From Dendrobates tinctorius (Eukaryota): a stretch of 64,000 nucleotides of DNA. The stretch spans positions 10,354,001 to 10,418,000 of the forward strand of contig NW_027361924.1 of assembly GCF_039654945.1 (NCBI RefSeq). The letters are read 5' to 3'. The position numbers were made by a program, and so were the translations under genes. The notes under the pieces are model-generated. The model was given only the letters and a program-made list of their open reading frames with translations. It did no database searches and had not been told where the DNA came from. Positions 11,827 through 25,144 of this stretch are shown piece by piece (the stretch's first letter is position 1; each line of letters starts with the position of its first letter).

Positions 11827-13633
11827 TGTGGGAGGAACGGCCCCCGTTGAGTGTCCGGGCCGGAACCAGAGGAGCCGTCATCTGAGTTCCGAGGGAAACT
11901 GTTCCTGGGGGACAGGATTCGAGGACGGACCGTTGTGACTGACAGGTGGGCTGGGGGAGGGACCGGTATAAAGGAGGCGGGGAATTCCCCAGACGATGAG
12001 TCAGCAGACCGGGACAGACTCAGCAGGAGAGCGTGAGAGCGACTGCCAGCTAGAGTGACTCACCAGCGCCAGGGAGGACGCCGACCGAGGACTTCAGAGG
12101 GACGGTATCCAGGGAGCCGTCCGAGACTTGTTGCCCTTCTCCATCCCGCGGCAACTGCGGCCCCAGCACGGCCCGCGGCAGCCATCGCCTGCCCTCTGCC
12201 CGGGGCTGCGGCCTACCCGCGGTCACCTGCGGCCGCCTCCCCTGAGCTCGTGACCGCAGCCTGTTCCCTGCCACCCGCGGCCGCCCGACTTTCACCAGTG
12301 GCTGCGGCCAGTACCGCACCATCGGCGGCCACGACTGTCCCGCTCCGGTCCACAGCAGGAGCCGGGCCTCTTGATCGCGGACAGACGCTAGCTGCGCAGG
12401 TGGCCTGTCATTCGCCACTATACATCGCTGCCGCCTGCCCAGGTCCGGGCGCTGCGGCCCATCCGTCTAAGGACTCCGCCGGGGCCTGTGGGGCTCCAGT
12501 GTCCTCAGCGCGCCGGAGAGCGCGAAGACTGCGTCAACACCTCAGCAACTGGGTCCAGCAACTATTTCGCCAAAAGACCACCAGCCCGAACGGCGAGGGA
12601 CATTTGGACGGCTAAGTAGACTCTAGACTTAAGGACCCGTCGAGTGTCCGGGCCGGAACCAGAGGAGCCGTCATCTGAGTTCCGGGGGAAACTGTTCCCG
12701 GGGGACAGGATTCGAGGACGGACCGTTGTGACTGACAGGTGGGCTAGGGGAGGGACCGGTATAAAGGAGGCGGGGAATTCCCCAGACGATGAGTAAGCAG
12801 ACCGGGACAGACACAGCAGGAGAGCGTGGGAGCGACTGCCAGCTAGGGCGACTCACCAGCGCCATGGAGGATGCCGACCGAGGACTCCAGAGGGACAGTA
12901 TCCAGGGAGACGTTCGAGACTTGTTGCCCCTCTCCATCCCACTGCGGCCCCAGCACGGCCCGCGGTAGCCGTCGCCTACCCGCGGTCGCCTGCAGCCGCC
13001 CTCCCCTGAGCTCGTGACCGCAGCCTGTTCCCTGCCACCCGCGGCCACCCGGCTTTCACCAGTGGCTGCGGCCAGCACCGCACCATCGGTGGCCACGACT
13101 GTCCTGCTCCGGTCCGCAGCAGGAGCCGGGCCTCTCTTGATCGCGGACTCCTGGTCGCAGTCGGTAGCTGCGCAGGTGGCCTGTCACTCGCCACTATACA
13201 TCGCTGCCGCCTGCCCAGGTCCGGGCGCTGCGGCCCATCCGTCTAAGGACTCCGCCGGGGCCTGTGGGGCTCCAGTGTCCTCAGCGCGCCGGAGAGCGCA
13301 AAGACTGCATCAACACCTCAGCAACTGGGCCCAGCAACTATTTCGCCGAAAGACCACCAGCCCGAACAGCAAGGGACATCTGGACGGCTAAGTAGACTCT
13401 AGACTTAAGGACTCGTAGTCGGCCAAACCGTGGCCCTTGCCGGGAGTAGTTGTGTGCGGCGTTACTGTGTTTGCTTGTTTAGAGCCCCTGCGTGGGCAAC
13501 CTGTGTTACCCCTGTTTCGGTGATCAGGCCGTGACTGAGGAAAGTCCCCTCAAGTCCCATAAACGTATTCTTAAAAAGCACCGTAGTTGTCTCGTGACTC
13601 GACACTGCATCCTGCGTACCTGCGAGCACCACA
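11827..13633 (+). mobile_element. LTR-like element (family B) with an internal ~790-bp tandem duplication
   Basis: TGTGG...CCACA termini. Direct repeats start at 11849 and 12642, each with GGTATAAAGG; CATAAA lies near the 3' end. No exact TSD (ctag/ctga). Confidence 0.55.
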
Positions 13634-13671
13634 CTGACACGTAATGGGATTTCCTAGGGTTTGTAGAGACC

Positions 13672-13855
13672 CGATTATCAGCCATCTGGGGGAGGAGACT
13701 GTAGGACAGGAGATTACAATCTATTACCCCCCCGTTATCAGCCATTACTGGGGGAGGAGACTGTAGGACAGGAGACTACAATCTATTACTCCCTGTTATC
13801 AGCCATTACTGGGGGACGAGACTGTAGGACAGAAGACTACAATATATTACTCCCT
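13672..13855. repeat. 60-61-bp tandem repeat (3 copies), interrupted by the Tx1 element
   Basis: ttatcagccat starts at 13675, 13735 and 13796. The unit continues after the LINE at 22360-22387. Confidence 0.9.
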
Positions 13856-13870
13856 TTCTGGGAGGTCGGC

Positions 13871-16800
13871 ATGTCTCACCAGGCTTCTGTTCCCCGGTCT
13901 GTGCCGGCGGGGGACAGGGAGCAGCAGCAGCAGCAACCGGCCCAGGAGGGAGAAGACTGGAGATCAGGACTGATGAGAAAGACCGTACCCACCTACTCCA
14001 ACCCCGAGACAACTCATCGTCCGTCCAGAGAGGGAGACAGGGGCACCCCAGGCCACAGGATTAAGAGCCAAGCAACTTCATGGGGGGAAGATGACCTCTA
14101 GCAAGTCCATGAGTTCCTTCTCCACCCGAGTGGTCGCCATGTTGCGAGAGAATGAGGACGCCAGCAAAGCACTGACTGGGCTAAAGGAACAGCTGTGGGA
14201 GGCACGGATTCTGAACACCTGTGCCTGTAACAAGGAAAGACCCACAACCTCCCGGAGGTTTAAAGCCCTCAGAGATGAGGTGGTTCGGTTAGTACTCCTC
14301 CGGGAGGGGATTTAGAAAAGCGCAGGAACCTGCGTCAGTTCTCAGAAATGAAGGGGTCAAATACCTCAGGAGAACCGCCAGCCGGCGTCCTAAGTGAGGA
14401 GGAGGACGACGACATTGTCATGACTGGAGTCCCATGTGCTGGAACAAGCCGGGAGAGTCAGGGGCAAAGTCAACAATGGGGAAGCGGCCTCCTGACATGG
14501 CAAGGGACTCCAGCAACACAGGCTGGAGTGTCAGCGGAGGAGGAGTGTGGTTTGCTGAGGGAGATCGAGAGCTGGAGTCTCGTGTGGACCTGACCAGGTT
14601 TTCCTTTGGTGAGGAAGAGCCAGCGGAGAAGACAAAGAAAAAGAGGAAGAAGACGAAGGAGACTGCATGGGAGGTGGTAAGATACAAATATGTACCAATG
14701 ACTGATGTTACACCTACCACCTCCTGTGTAAACCCCACCAAACCTAAAGCCACAGGCTCTGCAATGGGTATGGGGCATGGACAAGGTGGGGAGAGGAGGA
14801 GGATGTCCAGCAATGCCGTCTGTGCAGGGGGCGAGGCTGTGGAGGTACTCAAGGTGCCGGACATAGGGGACCCTGTGGAGTTTCCCTCCCTGCCTTCTGC
14901 GGCTAAGCTGGTTATCACCGGGACCGAGGAGGGTGGGGGGGATGTCCAAACCGTTGCGAAAGGGGGACGGTGTGGCCTGACTCCATCCCTACTCACTGCA
15001 GCTGTGCCAGCCGATGCTGGGGCTGTGGGGGCAGGGCCGAGGAGCATGGTGCAGCGAAAGTGGGGCGCACTGTTGTGACGAGCGCAATGCGCCTCAACAG
15101 ACAAGAAGAAGCATGCGGCTGGAACAGGGGAACCACGTAGGAATATTCCTGCAGAAAAGCAGCAAAGAAAATCTCAAACTGCCAAGAATACTGGGCGCAC
15201 TGCGGCGACAGGGGGTCAGTGTGCCCCTGCGGCATAAAAAATACACTAAACCCCCAAAGTCTGTGGCTACAGGGCAGGCGGCTGACAAAAATCTGCCCAG
15301 GACAGTAAGGGGCACGGTGCTCCAAAAGCACAGCACAAAGTCAGCACTGAACCAATTAAAGCGGGTGTGGTGCTGCACCGCTCCCCCGGTCCAGCAGGTG
15401 TGAATGCAGAGACTCCAGACACAAGGGAAGAAGGAATGGATGTAACTGTGGAAGGTGCAGAGAACAGTGGAACAAATGGTGGTGAGAATAGTGGTAGTGG
15501 GGTGAATGATGGGAGTTGTGATGCTGCAAATGATGGGGGTATTGGTGGAGTGAATGGTGGGAGTAGTGGTGGAGTGAATGAGGAGAGCAGCACTGGTGTT
15601 GGTGGAGGGGAAGTAGGTAGTGGTCCCACTGCCCCCCCAGCGGTGGCGAGGGCTTCAGCCTCTAGCTATTCGGGGGCTGTCACTGCTGGGGGTAGTAGTG
15701 CGCCCTTGTCTGGTGGCCCCGGGGACGGTGACTTGCAGCAGCGCTTCCTGGATGCCCTGAAGAAAGGAGAGCGTTCCATTAATGTAGAAGGGAGGAAGGT
15801 TGATCTGTCTTTCTGGATACAGAGACACGGTCTTTCCGCCTTCTGAAATAGAGGGGCAGACATTGTCTGGTCCCTGCCGACACCGGGGCAGAGGAGTAAC
15901 CGTAGGAACGTAGCCCGTCTCCAGTGGGTAAGTGTGGCGCCCCCAGGAGTATGGTCGCCACACTGGCAATGCCTTCCTCCTGGGAGGGTGATGTCAGGCT
16001 TGGAAACAATGAAGGGTCTCTCTGACAGTTAACCTTGTCATGCAACACAGTTCCCACTCCAGGCCAGCAGAGGGAGCTCTGAACCAGAATTGGGGGAGGA
16101 GTGCTCTCTGAGGGCCAGGAAGGGAAATTAGGTAGTTAGTGTGAGGAAGGTAATGAGTGTAGACGTGTGGAGAGAAGCTGGAGGTTGAGCTGAGGATAGA
16201 GAGCTCCCTCCCAGTGATAGCGCATGATCTGGAGCCTGGTCTCCACGGTTGTATGGATACTGAAGGTCCTGCAACAGAAACCAGAGGAATAGGAAGCTGT
16301 AAATGCCCTCTCCCATCTAAGACTCGGAGGCACAACAGCGACGTGTGAGCCACAGGAAGAGATAGAAGGCTACAGCTGTCTGCCATACGAGGTAGATCCA
16401 AAAGGGAAGAAGGAGGAACGTCAGTGTAACACTGTACTGCATGTGCCTCAAGTAAGCGCTAGAGAGGAGACTACACAACCCATCTGACAGAGAGATTCCT
16501 AAGTTGCTTCCAGGCTAATCATCTCCTGTGCCATCTGTAATCTGGACCCTGGACTGCACTTACAAGTAAAGGTAAAGAAACTACATTCCGCTGTGTCCTT
16601 GCCTTCTTCCTGCAGCTTCTTCAGCACTGCTACATCTCTGTGCCAGACACTGCACTCTCTTCCCCAACACCTATCTACACTGCCCTGGGACTACAGCCCT
16701 GCCTGTGGAGGGCTACAACATCTTTGCTGCACTACACCATCTGTCCCAGAGGATATGTCTGCAGCGTCGGCTTAACACCTTCATTGCCGAACACCACAGG

Positions 16801-18054
16801 TGGCGTCACGAATCACTCATAAACTTTATTTCACCACTCAAACCCCTTTTTACATGGGCGCCCAGGGCCACGGACCGGGTCACCGCTGCTGTGACATTCC
16901 CCTCTGAGAGACCGGCCCGGTACCGAGTACCCCACAGCCCTGGGAGGGCGACCCATAAGCAAGGATGCTTGTCCTGATCGGTCGAAGGTTGCTGAGCTTC
17001 TGCTGGGGATGGGCTTTGTGACATATGACATCTTTGCCTTGATCCATCCCTATGGGACCTCCTACTTCGATGTCAGCTTTGTGACACTGGAGGGCCTTGA
17101 GCTTTTTTGGTCTCGCCATCAGCTGGCTCGAGGTCGCCCCGAATGGCAGGGTTTCTTTCCTGTCGCGATATCCCGCCAGAACTCGGTCAGGAAGGTGACC
17201 GTTTTGACCAGTAACGAGGCACTTTCCTGTATGGACATCTCCACCTGGATTGGTCAATACGGCGACATCGTGGGCATTCCAGAGAAGACCCGCGACGACC
17301 ATGGTATCTGGTCAGGGGCCTGGACCTTCATCGTGAAATTGAAGGTATCAGGAAACAGTTACCCATATCCATCCCTCAACATTTTTGGGGAGGGACATGA
17401 TATTTATTTTCTACCAGGGGCAACCTAAGGTCTGTCACAGGTGCGGCAGCCCCACACACTTTCGTGCGCAGTGTACCACCCAGAAAGGCGCACTGTGTGG
17501 GGACCTCGGCCATCTCGCTGCTACCTGTGGCAGGGTTAGGTGTAACTTGTGTGGTGACCTCGGTCATCCGTTCAGTCGCTGTCCGCGTTCCTTTGCCAAT
17601 GCGATCCTGAAAGCGGCGAGTGCGGGACAGGCGAAAGCCAGGACTAATCTTGCCGGTGAAGGGACCAGTAGGGGCGGAGGAGGCAGGGAACCAGTGAAGA
17701 GCAAGCTGCCGCCATCCAACATCAAGCGGCAGGAGCAGCGCCATGGGAACAGGGGGCAGGGAGTAATGACCCTAAACCCTGACCCGGGTACTTCACTTGC
17801 AGCTGAGGATCCTAAAGATAGGGAATTGAGTGAGGAAGTCAGGAGACTTGAAAGGGAGGAGCAGGTGGACGTTATGTCTTCCCAGGAACCTTCATCCGGT
17901 GACAGTCTGGATGAGGGAGAGGGGGAATGGTCACAACAAAGGAAAAAGGGTAACAGGAAAACAACCAAGGGTAGGACTTAAGCACACTAAAAGGTCGTCA
18001 TTGTCGGAGGAAGAGGGTGAAACTGTTGGGGGTGGGAAGAAAAAGGCTATCTAA
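13871..18054 (+). pseudogene. Tx1 ORF1 (low-complexity N-terminus, ZCCHC3-like RRM region, zinc knuckles), disrupted
   Basis: FDVSF, GIWSGAW, IFYQGQPKVCHRCGSPTH and CNLCGDLGHPFSRCP motifs. Contains stops, frameshifts and an LTR insertion. Confidence 0.8.
15933..16955 (+). mobile_element. Solo LTR, family A variant, nested in Tx1 ORF1, with 4-bp TSD TAAG
   Basis: TGTGGCGCCCC...GGGCGACCCA flanked by TAAG at 15929-15932 and 16956-16959. Removing it restores RRNVARLQWVSKDACPDRSKVAELLLGMGF. Confidence 0.9.
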
Positions 18055-18065
18055 TTCAATCAATC

Positions 18066-21000
18066 ATGATGGCGGCACCCACCCCGTTGACGCTGGCAAC
18101 CATTAATGTTGCCAGCATAAAGTCCAAAGCGGGAAGGTACACGGCCTTTCATTTTCTCGGCCAACTTGATGCCGACATTTTGTTTTTGCAGGAGGCCAGG
18201 TTGACCTATCAACCATGCATAAAGCAAGGCGGGAGTGGAGGCATGGGCCCTCCTACTGGCCTCTTGCGGCCGAGCCGTATTGTATAGCGGGGTGGCGGTA
18301 CTTTTTAAGACCGCAGCGGTTGAATGCAGATAATTAATCGAATTAGAAATGGGGAGATGCTTGATCCTAGATGTCTCCATGGGGGGACAGGAGCTTCGGC
18401 TCATTTACATCTACGGTCCCCAATCCAAGTGGGACCGCAAATGTCTCTTCATGAAGATCAAACCTTTCTTATTTTCGAGTCGGCAGGTGGTATTTGGAGG
18501 GGATTTCAACAACGTCACGAGACCCTGTGATAGAGGAGGTACTGGGGACCGGCTGGCTTACGATTGCGTCACGCTAAACAGAATTGTAAGTGAGGCACGC
18601 CTGGTGGATGTCCACATCCGGCACAACACAGGAAACACGGGATTCACCTTTTTTAGAGGTAGTCAGTGCAGGTCTAGGATAGATAGGTTTTATTTGAAGG
18701 AGGAGGACGTCTCCTCGCCGTTCTCGGTTGTGGAGGTGGAGTACTCCGATCACTGTTTGATTATGTTTTCTCTGAATGTTAGAGACTCCTAGGATGGGAA
18801 GAGGTTATTGGAAGCTGAATTCGTCAATCCTTGAGGAAGAAGCTGTAAGACGGTCCTTTGAGTATTTTCTTCAGAGTCAGGTACCGCTGCTGGGCCTAAG
18901 TAACACTAAATCAGAGTGGTGGGAGATGTTCAAACATCGGGTGGCGAGATTCTACCGGCAACTCTCGAACCTCAGAAGCCGGACCAGGGATCGCCTGTAT
19001 CAGAGCCTGAGGAGGAGACTCAAGCATCTTGTCTCATCTGGAGGTAGCCGCGAGGAGATCTCTGGTGTGAAGTCCTTGCTGAAGAGGTGTCAGTAGGATA
19101 GGCACGCATCTTTGGTTTTTGAGAGGGACTACGGGAAGTACTACTCGCCCGACCCTTACAGAAGCTGCAAGATGTCAGTGAATAGTAAGATAGTGATGGG
19201 GCTGATAGACAGTACGGGATCCCTGAGGAGGTCCAGATCAGAGATCTTGGAGGTCGTTAGTTCATACTACTCGCACCTCTTGGGAAGGAGGGAACTGGAT
19301 CATGACAGGATGTCAGCTTTCTTGGCTGAAGCTGTTCCAGAGCCAGAGGCTGACCTCTCGCTGGACGTTTTGGCAGAAGCGATCAAAGAAGAGGAAGTGA
19401 GACTGGCGATCGATGGGCTCAGGCCCAAAAAATCACCAGGTCTGGACGGCTTAACACCTGCGTTCTTTAGGACCTTTAGGGACTCCTTGGTCCCCCTCTT
19501 GACTCAGCTGTTTAATGAGTGTCTCTCCTCGGGCACTCTGCCGAGATCATTAAGGAGGTCAGCTTTGATCATTTTGTCAAAGGGTAAGGATCCATCACAC
19601 ATTGAGAATTGGCGTACCATAGCACTTCTCAATGTGGACAGGAAGGTTTTGGCAAAGATACTTTTCAACAGGCTGGTGAAGTTTGCACCGCGGCTCCTTT
19701 CGGAGGCTCAGCACTGTTGCGTTCCTGGCCATAGCACTTTCAGTGCTGTTCTAAGTGTCTGAGAGGCCGTGGAGCAAGGCAGCGTGGGCCTTTGGAAGAG
19801 GTTCCTGCTGACCCTGGATCAGACAAAGGCCTTTGATTGGATCGACCACAAGTACCTCTGGTCCACTCTTTTGAGGTTTGGTCTGCATGGGGGTTTGTGG
19901 ACTGGCTTAAGACCTTGTACGCAGGGGCTGAGACTTTCCCTCTGGTAAACGGGTGGATTGGACAACCTTTCGGGGTAGGATCTGATGTCCGCCAGGGCTG
20001 CCCTCTTAGCCCTTTGCTTTACGTGTTTGCGATCGATCCCTTCCTTGGAAGGGTCGATTGTTGACCGTTGGCGGGGTGGGGATTTGCGGGGTGGCGCCAG
20101 AGGCTATCCTGAGGGTAGTGGCCTACGTTGGCGATGTCACCGTCTTTGTTTCGTCGCAAGAGGAGGCGATGGTGGTGATGTCAGAAGTGGAGATCTACTT
20201 GGAGGCTTCCGTGTTCAAGGTCAACCAGGACAAGTGTGAGAGTCACTGCCTGGAAGGCGGGGATCCCGGGCTTGATCTTCTGGACACCCTCCCCGAACCC
20301 TAGAACATGCCAAAGTCCTAGGCATCAAATTTGACCAGGGTGATTACCCCACAAAAAACTGTGAAGGCAGAATCAAAGGTGTCACTCAAAGAGTGGACCA
20401 ATGGAAGGGTTGTTCTTTGACCCTGAGCGAAAGGGTTGGCCTGTGCAAAGCTTTCCTGCTCCCCTTGCTATTCTACCTGGGCAGCGTCTATGTCTTGACA
20501 GAGCCTCTCTGGACACGGGTCTACAGTCTGTTCTTCTAGATGTTATGGGGGAATAGACTGAACCTAGTCAAGCGGGAGGTCACTTACCACACGAGGAGAC
20601 TAAGGGGGTTGAATATGGTTAACCTCGTGGTGTTCCTAGTGAACACCTTTTTGAAAGTTAACGTGGCAGACCTCTGGAAAGAGAGGTCTCCTCCATGGGT
20701 ATTCTCCTGCAAGGGATGGTTTCAGTCTTTCTTCCAGGAATGGGAAATAGGGGGAAGGTTGAAGGATCTTCACACACCTCATGGGCATCTCCCAGTTTAT
20801 GTTACCCCAGTTCTGAAAGTGATTCGTCAGTGGAGTCTGGGAATGTGGGAGGTGAGGTCCCTCATGGGAGTCTTGCTTTCGCATTTTCAGAGACCATTGG
20901 TCCTCAAAGACTGCCAAAGTCGGGATCTAGAGGTTGGGTTGAGTTTGTTAAATTCTAGCAGGATCCCCAAGAAGTACTGAGACTTGACTTGGCGCTGCTT

Positions 21001-21447
21001 CCAAGGTAAGTTGTATGTGAGGGACAATTTGAAGTACAGGAGCTCCGAGGACAGGAATTGTCCCCGTGAGGCTTGTGCTAACATGCTGGAAAGCATGGAG
21101 CACTTCCTGCTTCATTGTCCCGTTAATACAGAGGTGTACAACAGGGTGGGAGCTTCCATCGGTTGGCTGTGGCTACCTACTCTGTCCTAGCCAAATGGGC
21201 CTATGGAGCGTTCGGCGACCTCATGAGAGGAGACCAAGCCACTTTATTTATAGTCGGCGCAGTGGTCAGGTACTTCACGTGGAACGCACAAGTTTTAGTT
21301 TCGATGCACAGTAAAATCCTCCGTGTAGATGAAGTTTGTAGCAGCATCCTGGGTGCCCTGGTGAAGGTCCGTTCTCTGGAGTGCAAAAGACTGGGTGCCC
21401 GAGGGACGGCACATCTCTGGTGGGGTTTCTCCTTCTGGGTGCCTTAG
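18066..21447 (+). pseudogene. Tx1 ORF2 (APE endonuclease and reverse transcriptase), disrupted
   Basis: TINV, LQE, IYGP, GGDFN, RIDRF, SDH, WKLN, KSPGLDG, NWRTIALLNVD, VRQGCPLSP, YVGD (decayed YADD) and CPREAC...HFLLHC. Many stops and frameshifts. Confidence 0.9.
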
Positions 21448-23084
21448 TCCAGTAGTACTCCTATATCCTGGTGGTGGTCTGATGTCTTTGCACCCTAGAT
21501 TTTTGTTTTGTATTTCTGTCTCCTGAAATAGGTTTGCAGGCATTGACCTTAAGCCTTTGATGGTGAGTACGTAGGTTGTGTTCTGTAATGTTGGTTTTAT
21601 GTATATGTATATATTGTATATTGTGCGTAATAGAGGGCCTTAGTTAGTTGGTATGGGGGTTTCAACAGCGGTGATAAGAGACTGATCTGGCGTGGCCCAG
21701 CCTAGGGAATAACTTTGGGGCCTGAACCTAACTCGGAGAATTCCTGAACTTTGTGGCCAGAGCTGGATCAGGAGTGGCGGGATAGTTATATACTGTAGGT
21801 GTGTGCTTATATAGGGGAAAACATTTTTTGTTAATTTTGTATATTGTGTTGTATTTAGGTTTGTTGTAGTGTGAATGTGGTGATGTAAGGGGGAGGCTGT
21901 AAGGTAAGGCAGTGGGACCAGTAGGTATTTGTTCTGTTTGCGGTGTTGTATAATATTCGGTTTAGTGTAATATGTTTATAGTGTTTATATTGTATATAAT
22001 ATTGTATATAGGACGGTGTAAATGTAGTTTGGGGTCGTATATAATAGTATGAATGAAGCTGGGCTGGGGGATTTACATGATTTTATACTATTTATTATTA
22101 TATTACGGGGTATTCATGTAGTTATGGTTATTTTTTTTCTTCCCTCTTTAGTTTTGTTATCTTTATTTTAGTTAAATTTTTCATTTTTTTCCCTGATTAG
22201 TAGGTCATGAACTTTCTCCATTTTGTTTCCATTTCTGGTTTATTTCTTTGTGATTTGTGTCTGATTCTGTCGTCTTGTCGTCTGATTGGAGTTTTGTTTC
22301 TTATGTTTTGTTCTGTTGTGTTTTATTTTGTGATGTAATTTATAGAATAAAAAGACCTGCAATCTATTACTCGCTGTTATTGGCCATGTCGTTTGGTTTT
22401 TCTGTCTTTACCCCCGATGACTCTTAGGGTGTGATGCTCTGCAGAGCTGTGTATTTCTTCTGCCTCGGTGCAGACGCTGATACTTTCCTCGATGTCCTCG
22501 CTCCCCGATATTTGGCCGCGGGTCCATGGATAATACAGTAGGGCAACAGTCGTCCCAGAACATCGAGTTCCATCGAAATCCTGGAAATGTCTTGTCTCGT
22601 CTGCTCTTATCTGACCCCAACCTGATCTGCAAACAGCGGCGAGAATCCGTTATCTGTGTCCTGAACACCAGGCCGCCGGCACAGACCCGCAGACCATTAC
22701 CCTCATCCCTGGGAGGGGAGCCGCTGTTTCTAAGCCTATCAGATGTGGTACTGTCTGTTGTATCAAATCCTATCAGGAGGTGGAGAGTCACCTGCCTGAT
22801 GTCCCCCAGTGGGGTGGGGGTGGGGGGTGTTCCCCCATACCCCCCATACACCCCCCATACATTAGGTCCCATTATCCCTTTGTTGTGCTGCTCCGGGTAT
22901 ACCCCGCATCCCGTCTGTTGTGACGAGAGGCCAGCTCTCCTCAGGGCAGTGACCGCGGGGCCATCACTGCACCCAGGAGGGACCGAGACACCGCCAAACA
23001 GAGAACAAACAAGACCTGACCTGACGGACAGAGCGAACACAGCCAGAAAGTGCCCACCAGAGCCGCAAGCTACCCCAACTCTGC

Positions 23085-24890
23085 ATCTACGCCTCTCCTG
23101 TGTGATACTGTCTGCTGAGCCGTGTATCTAATCCTCTCCTGTGTGATACTGACTGCTGAGCCGTGTATCTAATCCTATCCTGTGTGATACTGACTGCTGA
23201 GCCGTGTATCTAATCCTATCCTGTGTGATACTGACTGCTGAGCCGTGTATCTAATCCTCTCCTGTGTGATACTGTCTGCTGAGCCGTGTATCTAATCCTA
23301 TCCTGTGTGATACTGTCTGCTGAGCCGTGTATCTAATCCTCTCCTGTGTGATACTGTCTGCTGAGCCGTGTATCTAATCCTCTCCTGTGTGATACTGACT
23401 GCTGAGCCGTGTGTCTAATCCTCTCCTGTGTGATACTGACTGCTGAGCCGTGTATCTAATCCTATCCTGTGTGATACTGACTGCTGAGCCGTGTATCTAA
23501 TCCTCTCCTGTGTGATACTGACTGCTGAGCCGTGTATCTAATCCTCTCCTGTGTGATACTGACTGCTGAGCCGTGTATCTAATCCTCTCCTGTGTGATAC
23601 TGACTGCTGAGCCGTGCATCTAATCCTCTCCTGTGTGATACTGACTGCTGAGCCGTGCATCTAATCCTCTCCTGTTTGATACTGTCTGCTGAGCCGTGTA
23701 TCTAATCCTATCCTGTGTGATACTGTCTGCTGAGCGGTGTATCTAATCCTCTCCTGTGTGATACCGTCTGCTGAGCCGTGTATCTAATCCTCTCCTTTGT
23801 GATACTGACTGCTGAGCCGTGTATATAATCCTATCCTGTGTGATACTGACTGCTGAGCAGAGTATCTAATCCTCTCCTGTGTGATACCGTCTGCTGAGCC
23901 GTGTCTAATCCTCTCCTGTGTGATACTGACTGCTGAGCCATGTATCTAATCCTATCCTGTGTGATACTGACTGCTGAACCGTGTATCTAATCCTCTCCTG
24001 TGTGATACTGTCTGCTGAGCCGTGTATCTAATCCCCTCCTGTGCGATACTGACTGCTGAGCCGTGTATCTAATTCTTTCCTGTGCGATACTGTCTGCTGA
24101 GCTGTGTATCTAATCCTCTCCTGTGTGATACTGACTGCTGAGCCGTGTATCTAATCCCATCCTGTGTGATACTGACTCCTGAGCCGTGTATCTAATCCTA
24201 TCCTGTGTGATACTGACTGCTGAGCTGTGTATCTAATCCTCTCCTGTGTGCTACTGTCTGCTGAGCCGTGTATCTAATCCCCTCCTGTGCGATACTGACT
24301 GCTGAGCCGTGTATCTAATTCTTTCCTGTGTGATACTGTCTAATGAGCCGTGTATCTAATCCTCTCCTGTGTGATACTGACTGCTGAGCCGTGTATCTAA
24401 TCCCATCCTGTGTGATACTGTCTGCTGAGCCGTGTATCTAATCCTCTCCTGTGTGATACTGCTGAGCTGTGTATCTAATTCTTTCCTGTGTGATACTGCT
24501 GAGCCGTGTATTTAATCCTATCCTGTGTGATACTGTCTGCGGAGCCGTGTATCTAATCCTCTCCTGTGTGATACTGTCTGCTGAGCCATGTATCTAATCC
24601 TATCCTGTGTGATACTGACTGCTGAGCCGTGTATCTAATCCTCTCCTGTGTGATGCTGACTGCTGAGCCGTGTATCTAATCCTTTCCTGTGTGATACTGA
24701 CTGCTGAGACGTGTATCTAATCCTATCCTGTGTAATACTGAGTGCTGAACCGTGTATTTAATCCTCTCCTGTGTGATACTGTCTGATGAGCTGTGTATCT
24801 AATCCTCTTCTGTGTGATACTGACTGCTGAGCCATGTATCTAATCCTCTCCTGTGTGATACTGACTGCTGAGCCGTGTATCTTATCCCAT
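23085..24890. repeat. 41-bp minisatellite (about 44 copies)
   Basis: Unit gctgagccgtgtatctaatcctctcctgtgtgatactgact, period 41. Confidence 0.97.
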
Positions 24891-25144
24891 CATGTCTGAA
24901 GAGCGGCCCCCGCTGGCAGGCCTAGGTAACAGCAGGCTTCTCCCTTATGACTGTGTGTAGTCTGATGATGGTGGTCATTGTCCTGGGCAGCCGCTTCTCA
25001 TCCCCGGGGCTCCTGCCTCCGCTGGCCGAGGTCCTGTGTGCACATAGCGGTTAATATTAATCAGATTAGACCCATCTCTCCCCCTCTATTTATTTGTTTT
25101 TGCCTATTATTGTATTTGAGTCACCCCCAGTTTGTATGTTATAG

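Larger units (their letters stand above)
13856..22358 (+). mobile_element. Near full-length, decayed Tx1-clade (L1 group) non-LTR retrotransposon
   Basis: ORF1 has three CCHC knuckles, ORF2 has APE, RT and a C-terminal Cys/His motif, and the T-rich 3' UTR ends in AATAAAAAG. The flanking duplication is caatatattactccct / caatctattactcgct. Confidence 0.88.

Noticed and set aside
13672-13855. U2 snRNA gene as the Tx1 target
   Set aside because: There is no ATCGCTTCTCGGCC 5' end or other U2 body sequence, only a faint motif echo.
17009-17981. Host ZCCHC3 gene
   Set aside because: Frameshifted, LTR-interrupted and directly followed by EN-RT, so it is Tx1 ORF1.
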